A stretch of DNA of 64,000 nucleotides from Pecten maximus (taxonomy: Eukaryota), in assembly GCF_902652985.1 (NCBI RefSeq), contig NC_047024.1:35216001-35280000 (forward strand), in the 5' to 3' direction. Below, one piece after another: positions 36,825-48,550 of the stretch; position 1 is the stretch's first letter; each line of letters opens with the position of its first letter. The notes beneath the pieces were generated by a model, which was not told where the DNA came from, ran no database searches, and saw only the letters and a program-made list of their open reading frames with translations. The translations under genes and the position numbers were made by a program.

Positions 36825-38989
36825 CTCAGCTGGGCGGCAACATCATGGTCAATGGTGAAACATTTTTCTGCAAAACAGATTATTACTTCATTGGCAATTA
36901 CACACATATATAATGTTCATGTTTTTTGTTTACAATAACTTTTTGGTAATATTTCTTTGCAATACCAAATAAGCACCTGTAAAAGGTAATAATTCTATAA
37001 TAAGATTAACAAACAGTTGTAATCATTTGTAGAATTTTTTAGTTTATCTACCTTTTCTTTGTTGATTATCTATTCATCTCCATTTGAATTAACTAAGAAC
37101 AAAAGGCCCATGGGTATTATCTGACTTGAACAGACCTTAGTAATTGCTCTGGACGACATGCAACTGGCCTCCTGTTAATGAAGTTAAAGTCTAGATCTAC
37201 AACTAAAGCAATTAAGGAGACCCAGGGCATCCAGTAGACCCTTGAGAGTGTTTTTGACTCCCGAAAATGAGATCTGACTCTTGGGTTTGAAGGGACATGT
37301 CTATTTGAAATATATATGTTTTGACCCTTCAGATTTCTCAGAAATAGTGATTTGACTTCTGAAATTACTAAAAGTCAAGGGTCAACCGGATGCCCTGACT
37401 AACCTCGCCTGGCTGTTCAAGGGAATAAAGGGGCAGTAAATCTAGCAAACAAACTAATCTGCCTAAGTACTATTGTAGTATATATACTCAGCAGCAGTAT
37501 AGTGGTCTGACAACACTTCATGTGAAATAGTGTAATTTGGTGGCCATAATCATTGGATGGCCATGTGATTTCGGACTAACCTGAAAAATAACAACACTCG
37601 GTCAGGACCATCTCAGGAAAGTTAGAGCTAAATCCCACTCATTCCAATGTGAAAAGAAATAGTAATGTTGCTCAATTGCAAGAAAATCATGATTGCACAA
37701 TCATGTTACAAAATGGCACCGTGCACGTGGCTACCATGTCAAAGTTTTAATAAGGTAAAAAAGATAACAACATAACACTTTGTCAGCTTCCTTTCTTTAA
37801 TACCCCTGCCAATATCCAGCTTAATGGCACCAGTGAAACTGGATAAGAAGTTTAAAATGTGTTTTTCAAGATGGTGGCCCAGCTATAGTATGGCAGTCAT
37901 CAGGACCATCTCTGGATCGATCATTTCTGGCAAGTTTGAGCTCAATCCTATCAGTGTAATTTGAGAAGTTTGAAATGTGAAAAGTTTTTACATGGCAGAT
38001 GACGATGGACAAAGCATGATGGCTATAGGTCATTCAAACCCTTTGGGTCAGATGACCTAAAAGTTGCCAGTTTTTGCTTTTATGACAAAATTATTCATGT
38101 GTGTGCAATATAAATATTGATCGATTTTTAACGTAAACAATTACCTACCAACAAACTCATTTTGGGGGTTCACCAAAATTTTAATATGTTAACGTATCTT
38201 ATAATGATGGATAATCCTACATATTGTTTTTAACAATATCTTTTCCAATTGGAAGCTGTAAGTAAGTGTTGCAAATAACCTAAGCTACACATGTAGGTTA
38301 ATTATTTCATTAATCATAAAAAATATTTTATAGGCTATACAGATATGATTTGTCGTTATATAATCCAATAATGGAATCACAGTACAAAGTATAACAACCT
38401 GTTGAACATTAGGAAAAAGTAAGTTTTTGCAAACATAGTTACCCTCTTTTGTTTAATTTTTTTTTTTTTATTTATAAATCATTTACATTTAGCTACTTGC
38501 ATGATGAGAACTCAAAATAAACTTTACAGCCAAAATTGAAGAAATAAAATAAAACGTGTTTGCATCCATTACACAATAATCACTATTCTTATATGAATTG
38601 TCATCCGACATAACGATGATATCCCAAACAAATACTGTATACTGTATTTTTCTATGTAAAAAAAGTCTTTCAACAGTGGAAGCCATTATAGTATTAAGTT
38701 CCTGTATTATACGCATAAAACAGTATCCATTCATTCTTCCGTCTGTGAATTTGTTGCTACCACCTTTAGGAAACAAGTTGACAACTAGGCCTAGCTAGAC
38801 TATAAAGGTTGGTTAACACATTGTGTACCTTCTATAGCATACACACATGTCGATCTCGGCCCCTAGAATGCTACAACTAACATGTCAAGTGGGTCAAACA
38901 ACTCCATATAGTTCACAAAATAAATTAACACAGATTTAATATCAAAGCATTTCTACTTTCATTTTCCAAAAACATGTGTCTATCAGAGA

Positions 38990-39520
38990 GAAAATCCCAG
39001 TAGCTCAGTATCGACTAATGGAAGAATTCGCTTCAATAAGCTTATGTGGTCGTCTAGCAGGACGGTCTCCATCTTGAAAGTTTACTGTACAAGACCGTTT
39101 ACTTGGTTTTCATGTTTTAAATGGCAAACAGACCCATATTCGAAACATTTTTATAGGCAACATGATAACTGATGCTCTAATTTCATCAATCCCAACAGCC
39201 ACTCTGCTGTTGACAGTATGCACTTTGAACACTGGGAAAACTTACCCAAAAATCCTCACTACCTAGACCGCCATGCAATGCTCTGTCTTCCGGCCCCGAT
39301 TATGGATATCTATAATTATAATGAATAAATATATGTAATATTGTCGCAATGTTTGTTTGAATGATTGCATGCATGCATGATTTTATTAGTCAAAATAAGT
39401 AAAGATTCAAAGTACTTACTGAATATATATTATAAATCCAACCCCTCCTGACTTTTCTTTCGGTACATCACGCTATGCATATTGGTTTAAATTGATTAGC
39501 ATATCGTGACGTCACAAAGG
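38990..39520 (-). promoter_or_regulatory. Probable ZNF143 promoter and non-coding exon 1 region
   Basis: Donor TGG|GTAAG near 39245; CRE palindrome TGACGTCA at 39507-39514; CCAAT box (attgg) at 39481; Staf-binding-site-like motifs at 38994, 39189 and 39221. Confidence 0.5.
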
Positions 39521-40952
39521 CAAGCCCTGCCGTCTAGACTTGCACATGGCCCGTTGGATGAAGCACTTTCAAGACTATTTTTACAACATATATTTACTAT
39601 AATTGAATAAATGGATTTAATTCAGACATCTGTACCTAAATAAAGTTACATGTAAGCTATATCTATTTAACTACATATATCACTATTTATCAAATACGAT
39701 CGGAGATATTTGTGTTAAGTAAAATATATAATATTTGTATCTAAAAAAAATACAGCTGGGCCTGTACATCCATGATCTCTGATATAAATAAAAGTGTATC
39801 TTGGTGTAAATACAGATATCTTTATTTTACATACAAAATCACTGAGGGACCTACATACATGCAGAGACTTGTATATCAGGTATATACATGTCTCTGATGA
39901 GGAGGGATAGTAGATAAAAAGGTCACTTGTCAAGATTAACCCATAGTTAAGTTTAGTCGGGCGGAGGCAGAGGTCTAGCTATATGGGCCATTCTCTCAAT
40001 AGGTCTACAATTAAAGTTGTTATAAGAAAATTTCAGATGGCTTTCGGCCCAAGACAAGCGGATTTTGGAATCTTTGTATACAGCAACACATCGATAACGC
40101 ATTTTGACAGTTGGCCACGCACAAAAAATACCAAGGTCAACGCTAAATCAATCGATATGGCGTTGAAGGTCAAGTTAATTTCCATACCATCACAATTTTA
40201 CATCGGAGTAAAACGACTTACAGCCTTGATAATAAACGACATATTCGGGTAATTTTGGTGTTTCTTTACTTATTTTCAAAGTTATTAACAGTTATGTTGT
40301 ATTTCGTCCATTTTTTTTTTAATTTTTAGATTCTTTTTAACAATTTATATTGTGTAACGGTACAGAATGTCCCCTTTCAAAAAGCATTTAGTTAATCTAC
40401 CAACGTCTACATTTCATGAAATTAATGTTATGGGTGTTTTTACTGCTTTGGTTAAAGAACGCATTTAAAAACCTTTCTGCTAAGCGTTTTTGTTTTTGAA
40501 AATGCGTGTCAAAATATGCCATTTACATAAAATGTAAACCAATTTAGGTTTTGTGACGGTGAGGACACTGTTGTTACGGTATGGAAGGCATGTGATGGTA
40601 CTGAAATGTATGATCACCGAACTCATTCTAAACAATGACTCAACGACTTTTACAAATAAAACTGCGCTTAATTCTTCGTCAAAAATACTTTACTTCCTGT
40701 GAACTACATGCAGAAGAACAACGCATAGAAGTAAGGCTAACTTAAACTGCAATGATATCAGATTATAAGCTTGATTGATTTCATCAAACAACAGATGACA
40801 AAACAATGCCAAATGCAAATTATTTGAACCATTGAATAATATGTTAACCAAATATGGTCTAATTTGGCAACAATAGAAACTTTTTTTTCAATTAAAACAT
40901 TTAACTAGAACTGTTAACTATTACACTCCCCCATCTTCACACACATATATGG

Positions 40953-41536
40953 ATTGAATAGATTTTTAAAATTTTCATTGCGGCTATGAATACCAGTAGC
41001 TAGCAGCTACATATCCCGTGGCGCGCGGTAGCGCGCCTCGGAGGATATGTAGCTAGCTACTGGTATTCATAGCCGCCATGAAAATTAAAAAAAATCTATT
41101 CAATTCATATATTTACATAACCTTGATTTAAAAAATTTATATCGAGAAAAAGAGAAATTTTATTAAAAAGAAAAATTTGTCATGTATACGACGAAACGCC
41201 AAATTATTAGAACAGCCGGGAGATCCCGCCTATGCACCACGCCATTGTTTTAATGTCGTTCCGCATTTTCCAGTCTTTTTTGTTTAATTTTGTATAAAAT
41301 AAAAAGAAAGAAGTATTAAAGTAAAAATAGTATCTCGTACCAACGTTATCGATCCAAGGGAAGCTACTCTTCCTGTCTTACTGTCGATGGCGTATTAATA
41401 TGACCCGATTAATCAGGTGATTTGCACGAGAGACAATATTTTCATACGGTTTTCATAGTGTATTCATGGTCATATGTTTGTTGTTTTCACTTTGTATGTT
41501 CATATCAGCAAACCACATTAGGAATGTAAATATAAG
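40953..41536. mobile_element. Second palindrome-headed non-autonomous element
   Basis: Hairpin 40953-41105 with GC-rich apex ggcgcgcggtagcgcgcc, followed by atatttacat; distal end atgtaaatataag at 41524-41536. Confidence 0.6.
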
Positions 41537-41819
41537 TAAATGTAATGCATTCGATATTTATACAAAGTAGTTAGTGGAACTCGTAATTCATACAGGTCAA
41601 TTGTAAAATTGGAATTGTTGCAATAAAGTCATTCGATCACCAGCAATAATGCTGATTGATTGTATGTATAACCAGCACAACTTCTTTGCAGCAAAAAGCG
41701 AAAAGAGTGAAACGTACATATATCTTGAGTTTGGTACCAACGCTGTTGCTCTTTCGCGCACGTTCATATGAAATGTTCTACATTTATTTGACTGTAGACG
41801 CGTCCTCGAAATCCCAAGG

Positions 41820-44800
41820 TCGGAGTCGTTAGACTGAGTCGGTAGAGAAATGGAGAAGTCTTTAGAAAGAGTCGGTAGAGGAATGGAGGAGTCGTTAGAA
41901 TGGGTCGGTAGAGGAATGGAGGCGTGGTTAGAAGGGGTCGGTAGAGGAATGGAGGAGTCGTTAGAATGGGTCGGTAGACGACTGGAGGCGTGGTTAGAAG
42001 GGGTCGGTAGAGGAATGGAGGAGTCATTAGAATGGGTCGGTAGACGACTGGAGGCGTGGTTAGAAGGGGTCGGTAGAGGAATGGAGGAGTCGTTAGAATG
42101 GGTCGGTAGACGACTGGAGGCGTGGTTAGAAGGGGTCGGTAGAGGAATGGAGGAGTCGTTAGAATGGGTCGGTAGAGGACTGGAGGCGTGGTTAGAAGGG
42201 GTCAGTAGAGGAATGGAGGAGTCGTTAGAATGGGTCGGTAGACGACTGGAGGCGTGGTTAGAAGGGGTCGGTAGAAAAATGGAGGAGTCGTTAGAATGAG
42301 TCGGTAGAGAAATGGAGGAGTCGTTAGAATGGGTAGGTAGAGGAATGGGGAGTCGTCAGAATGAGTCGGTAGAGGACTGGAGGAGTCGTTAGAATGGGTA
42401 GGTAGAGGAATGGAGGAGTCGTTAGAATGGGTAGGTAGAGGAATGGAGGAGTCGTTAGAAGGGGTCGGTAGGGTAATGGAGGAGTCGTTAGAATGGGTAG
42501 GTAGACGACTGGAGGCGTGGTTAGAAGGGGTCGGTAGAGGAATGGAGGAGTCGTTAGAATGGGTCGGTAGACGACTGGAGGCGTGGTTAGAAGGGGTCGG
42601 TAGAGGAATGGAGGAGTCGTTAGAATGGGTAGGTAGAGGAATGGAGGAGTCGTTAGAAGGGGTCGGTAGGGTAATGGAGGAGTCGTTAGAATGAGTCGGT
42701 AGAGGAATGGAGGAGTCGTTAGAAGGGGTCGGTAGAGGAATGGAGGAGTCGTTAGAATGAGTCGGTAGAGGAATGGAGGAGTCGTTAGAATGTGTCGGTA
42801 GAGGAATGGAGGAGTCGTCAGAATGGGTAGGTAGATGAATGGAGGAGTCATTAGAATGTGTCGGTAGAGGACTGGAAGAAACGTTGAATGTGTCGGTAGA
42901 GGAATGGAGGAGTCGTTAGAATGGGTCGGTAGAGGACTGGAGGCGTGGTTAGAATGGGTCGGTAGGGTAATGGAGGAGTCGTTAGAAGGGGTCGGTAGAG
43001 GACTGGCTGAGTTGTTAGAATGGTTCGGTAGAGGACTGGAAGAAACGTTGAATGTGTGTCGTTAGAGGACTGGAGGAGTAGTTAGAATGGGTCTGTAGGG
43101 ACTGGAGGAGTGGTTAGAATGTGTCGGTAGGGGAATGGAGGAGTCGTTAGAATGGGTCTGTAGGGACTGGAGGAGTCGTCAGAATGGGGGAGTCGTCAGA
43201 ATGGAGGAGTCGTCAGAATGGGTCGGTAGAGGAATGGAAGAGTCGTTAGAAGGGGTCGGTAGAGGAATGGAGGAGTCGTTACCCGAATGGGTCGGTAGAG
43301 GAATGGAGGAGTCGTCAGAATGGGTCGGTAGAGGAATGGAGGAGTCGTTAGAAGGGGTCGGTAGAGGAATGGAGGAGTCGTTAGAATGGGTCGGTAGAGG
43401 AATGGAGGAGTCGTTAGAATGAGTCGGTAGAGGAATGGAGGAGTCGTTAGAAGGAGTCGGTAAAGGAATGAAAGAGTCGTTAGAAGGGGTCGGTAGAGGA
43501 ATGGAGGAGTCGTTAGAATGGGTCGGTAGAGGAATGGAGGCGTGGTTAGAAGGGGTCGGTAGAGGAATGGAGGAGTCGTTAGAATGGGTCGGTAGACGAC
43601 TGGAGGCGTGGTTAGAAGGGGTCGGTAGAGGAATGGAGGAGTCGTTAGAATGGGTCGGTAGAGGACTGGAGGCGTGGTTAGAAGGGGTCGGTAGAGGAAT
43701 GGAGGAGTCGTTAGAATGGGTCGGTAGAGGACTGGAGGCGTGGTTAGAAGGGGTCGGTAGAGGAATGGAGGAGTCGTTAGAATGGGTCGGTAGACGACTG
43801 GAGGCGTGGTTAGAATGTGTCGGTAGAGGAATGGAGGAGTCGTCAGAATGGGTAGGTAGATGAATGGAGGAGTCATTAGAATGTGTCGGTAGAGGACTGG
43901 AAGAAACGTTGAATGTGTCGGTAGAGGAATGGAGGAGTCGTTAGAATGGGTTGGTAGAGGACTGGAGGCGTGGTTAGAATGGGTCGGTAGGGTAATGGAG
44001 GAGTCGTCAGAATGAGTCGGTAGAGAAATGGAGGAGTCGTTAGAAGGGGTAGGTAGAGGACTGGAGGAGTCGTTAGAAGGGGTAGGTAGAGGAATGGGGG
44101 AGTCGTCAGAATGAGTCGGTAGAGGACTGGAGGAGTCGTTAGAATGAGTCGGTAGAGGAATGGAGGAGTCGTTAGAATGAGTCGGTAGAGAAATGGAGGA
44201 GTCGTTAGAAGGGGTAGGTAGAGGAATGGAGGAGTCGTTAGAAGGGGTCGGTAGAGGAATGGAGGAGTCGTTAGAATGAGTCGGTAGAGGAATGGAGGAG
44301 TCGTTAGAATGTGTCGGTAGAGGAATGGAGGAGTCGTCAGAATGGGTAGGTAGATGAATGGAGGAGTCATTAGAATGTGTCGGTAGAGGACTGGAAGAAA
44401 CGTTGAATGTGTCGGTAGAGGAATGGAGGAGTCGTTAGAATGGGTTGGTAGAGGACTGGAGGCGTGGTTAGAATGGGTCGGTAGGGTAATGGAGGAGTCG
44501 TTAGAAGGGGTCAGTAGAGGACTGGCTGAGTTGTTAGAATGGTTCGGTAGAGGACTGGAAGAAACGTTAAATGTGTGTCGTTAGAGGACTGGAGGAGTAG
44601 TTAGAATGGGTCTGTAGGGACTGGAGGAGTAGTTAGAATGGGTCTGTAGGGACTGGAGGAGTGGTTAGAAGGGGTCGGTAGGGGAATGGAGGAGTCGTTA
44701 GAATGGGTCAGTAGAGGAATGGGGGAGTCGTCAGAATGGGGGAGTCGTCAGAATGGAGGAGTCGTCAGAATGGGGGAGTCGTCAGAATGGGGGAGTCGTC

Positions 44801-47640
44801 AGAATGGAGGAGTCGTCAGAATGGGTCGGTTGAGGAATGGGGAGTCGTTAGAACGGGTCAGTGGAGGACTGGCTGAGTTGTTAGAATGGGTCGGTAGAGG
44901 AATGGAGGAGTCGTTTGAAGGAGTCGGTATAGGAATGGAGGAGTCGTTACCGGAATGGGTCGGTAGAGGAATGGAGGAGTCGTCAGAATGGGTCGGTAGA
45001 GGAATGGAGGAGTCGTTAGAAGGGGTCGGTAGAGGAATGGAGGAGTCGTTAGAATGAGTCGGTAGAGGAATGGAGGAGTCGTTAGAAGGAGTCGGTAGAG
45101 GAATGGAAGAGTCGTTAGAAGGGGTCGGTAGAGGAATGGAGGAGTCGTTAGAATGGGTCGGTAGACGACTGGAGGCGTGGTTAGAAGGGGTCGGTAGAGG
45201 AATGGAGGAGTCGTTAGAATGTGTCGGTAGAGGAATGGAGGAGTCGTCAGAATGGGTAGGTAGATGAATGGAGGAGTCATTAGAATGTGTCGGTAGAGGA
45301 CTGGAAGAAACGTTGAATGTGTCGGTAGAGGAATGGAGGAGTCGTTAGAATGGGTTGGTAGAGGACTGGAGGCGTGGTTAGAATGGGTCGGTAGGGTAAT
45401 GGAGGAGTCGTTAGAAGGGGTCAGTAGAGGACTGGCTGAGTTGTTAGAATGGTTCGGTAGAGGACTGGAAGAAACGTTAAATGTGTGTCGTTAGAGGACT
45501 GGAGGAGTAGTTAGAATGTGTCGGTAGGGACTGGAGGAGTGGTTAGAATGTGTCGGTAGGGACTGGAGGAGTGGTTAGAAGGGGTCGGTAGGGGAATGGA
45601 GGAGTCGTTAGAATGGGTCGGTAGAGGAATGGGGGAGTCGTCAGAATGGGGGAGTCGTCAGAATGGAGGAGTCGTCAGAATGGGGGAGTCGTCAGAATGG
45701 GGGAGTCGTCAGAATGGAGGAGTCGTCAGAATGGGTCGGTTGAGGAATGGGGAGTCGTTAGAACGGGTCAGTGGAGGACTGGCTGAGTTGTTAGAATGGG
45801 TCGGTAGAGGAATGGAGGAGTCGTTAGAAGGAGTCGGTAGAGGAATGGAGGAGTCGTTACCCGAATGGGTCGGTAGAGGAATGGAGGAGTCGTCAGAATG
45901 GGTCGGTAGAGGAATGGAGGAGTCGTTAGAAGGGGTCGGTAGAGGAATGGAGGAGTCGTTAGAATGAGTCGGTAGAGGAATGGAGGAGTCGTTAGAAGGA
46001 GTCGGTAGAGGAATGGAAGAGTCGTTAGAAGGGGTCGGTAGAGGAATGGAGGAGTCGTTAGAATGGGTCGGTAGAGGAATGGAGGCGTGGTTAGAAGGGG
46101 TCGGTAGAGGAATGGAGGAGTCGTTAGAATGGGTCGGTAGACGACTGGAGGCGTGGTTAGAAGGGGTCGGTAGAGGAATGGAGGAGTCGTTAGAATGGGT
46201 CGGTAGAGGACTGGAGGCGTGGTTAGAAGGGGTCGGTAGAGGAATGGAGGAGTCGTTAGAATGGGTCGGTAGACGACTGGAGGCGTGGTTAGAAGGGGTC
46301 GGTAGAAAAATGGAGGAGTCGTTAGAACGGGTCGGTAGAGAAATGGAGGAGTCGTTAGAATGGGTCGGTAGACGACTGGAGGCGTGGTTAGAAGGGGTCG
46401 GTAGAAAAATGGAGGAGTCGTTAGAACGGGTCGGTAGAAAAATGGAGGAGTCGTTAGAATGAGTCGGTAGAGAAATGGAGGAGTCGTTAGAATGTGTCGG
46501 TAGAGAAATGGAGGAGTCGTTAGAATGTGTCGGTAGAGAAATGGAGGAGTCGTTAGAAGGGGTAGGTAGAGGAATGGGGAGTCGTCAGAATGAGTCGGTA
46601 GAGAAATGGAGGAGTCGTTAGAAGGGGTAGGTAGAGGAATGGAGGAGTCGTTAGAAGGGGTCGGTAGAAAAATGGAGGAGTCGTTAGAAGGGGTAGGTAG
46701 AGGAATGGGGGAATTATTAGAATGGGTCGGTAGAGGAATGGAGGAGTTGTTAGAATGGGTCGGTAGAGGAATGGAGGAGTCGTTAGAATGGGTCGGTAGA
46801 GGACTGGAAGAAACGTTGAATGTGTCGGTAGAGGAATGGAGGAGTCGTTAGAATGTGTCGGTAGAGGAATGGAGGAGTCGTCAGAATGGGTCGGTAGAGG
46901 ACTGGAAGAAACGTTGAATGTGTCGGTAGAGGAATGGAGGAGTCGTTAGAATGGGTCGGTAGAGGACTGGAGGCGTGGTTAGAATGGGTCGGTAGGGTAA
47001 TGGAGGAGTCGTTAGAAGGGGTCGGTAGAGGACTGGAAGAAACGTTGAATGTGTGTCGTTAGAGGACTGGAGGAGTAGTTAGAATGGGTCTGTAGGGACT
47101 GGAGGAGTGGTTAGAATGTGTCGGTAGGGGAATGGAGGAGTCGTCAGAATGGGTCGGTAGAGGAATGGGGGAGTCGTCAGAATGGGGGAGTCGTCAGAAT
47201 GGAGGAGTCGTCAGAATGGGTCGGTTGAGGAATGGGGAGTCGTTAGAACGGGTCAGTGGAGGACTGGCTGAGTTGTTAGAATGGGTCGGTAGAGGAATGG
47301 AGGAGTCGTTAGAAGGAGTCGGTAGAGGAATGGAGGAGTCGTTAGATTGGGTAGGTAGAGAGGAGTCGTTAGAATGGGTCGGTAGAGGAATGGAGGAGTC
47401 GTTAGAATGGGTCTGTAGAGGAATGGAGGAGTCGTTAGAATGTTTCGGTAGAGGACTGGAGGAGTCGTTAGAATGGGTCGGTAGAGGACTGGAGGAGTCG
47501 TTAGAATGTGTCGGTATAGAGGACTGGAGGCGTGGTTAGAATGTGTCGGTAGAAGACTGGAGTTGTTAGAAAGGGTCAGCAGAGGCCTGGAGTTGTTAGA
47601 ATGGGTCGGTAGAAGACAAGTGCTAGGAGTTGTTAGAAAA
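41820..47640. repeat. 33-bp G-rich minisatellite, about 5.8 kb, with higher-order structure
   Basis: Unit ggaggagtcgttagaatgggtcggtagaggaat. Marker variant gtaggtagatgaatggaggagtcatt recurs near 42828, 43852, 44346 and 45256. Confidence 0.97.
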
Positions 47641-47935
47641 TTTGGCGGTAGAGATGTTATATTCTCTTTTTCTTAAAGCATCAATTTCAATCGTATGATA
47701 AAACAAGAGGCCCATGTGCCTTACCGGTCACCTGAGTTTCAGCTTATTTGACCCATGTGACCTTGAATGAAGGTCAATGTCATTCATTTGAACAATCTTT
47801 ATATCCCTTTACCCAGGAATGCTATAAGTCCAACACCAGGTCTGTGGGCCTCTTGGTTATTGAGAAAATGTCCTTTTAATATTTTAGTATATTATAATTG
47901 ACTCCTGTGACTTTCAATGTATAGTTCAAGGTCAT

Positions 47936-48362
47936 TGTTAAAGGTTAGAAATTATAAAAAATGTCCGTGTTAGATTAAATACAGGAATTTAATCTTAATG
48001 TAACGGTATAGCCAGCAGATGAACTCTGTGTGTAAAAGTGATGCGGAGACAGTCTCCATATATCAATAGATAACCGGTGGGGTCTGTTGACATCTAATTA
48101 GTGTATGCTGGAGAAGTAAGGGGCCTTATCAAATTGATGTGGCATGTGCTACGGACCAGTGTACCTCAGAGTTGACCTTCCCAGGACACCAAATTTTTAT
48201 AAGTAATTAATCTGATAGGAACAGTAAAAACAAACGGTAGAGCTAAGTTTGGGCAGTCATAGACGAGGGTTGGCTCGGTTACACACCTTGTACTAAACGC
48301 TAGTAAAGACGACTGTGGAAAACATATATTAATGTGTTGATTGTCGTGGGTGCTGTGTAACA
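47936..48362 (+). repeat. 5' LTR (427 bp)
   Basis: TGTTAAAGG...GTGTAACA; differs from the 3' LTR by one A-run indel and one C/T by eye. Confidence 0.95.
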
Positions 48363-48365
48363 TTT

Positions 48366-48383
48366 TGGTGGCAGCGGTGGGAT
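48366..48383 (+). promoter_or_regulatory. Primer binding site complementary to the tRNA-Leu 3' end
   Basis: TGGTGGCAGCGGTGGGAT is the reverse complement of ATCCCACCGCTGCCA-CCA, the tRNA-Leu(AAG/TAG) 3' end. Confidence 0.88.
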
Positions 48384-48550
48384 ATATCTGTCAGACACAT
48401 CTCTGGGATATATTGAACACATTTCTGGGATATATGTATCTTAATTAAGTGTTTTAATTTTGGTATATCAAGAAACTGTTATTGGCTATTATAGCTGTTT
48501 GAGCCAAAGGAGGTCTATGAACTGTATGCAGTAACATATCACAGTGCAGT

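Noticed and set aside
41780-41850. The 33-bp minisatellite as another donor-seeded array (ctgtag acceptor, tcg|gtagag donor)
   Set aside because: Weak donor, no recognisable exon product or host gene; not supportable without RNA data.
41764-47539. Many ORFs (MEESLEWVGRG)n and (TTPPFLYRPIL)n as a mucin-like gene
   Set aside because: By-product of a 33-bp unit; frequent stops and frameshifts and no unique coding flanks.
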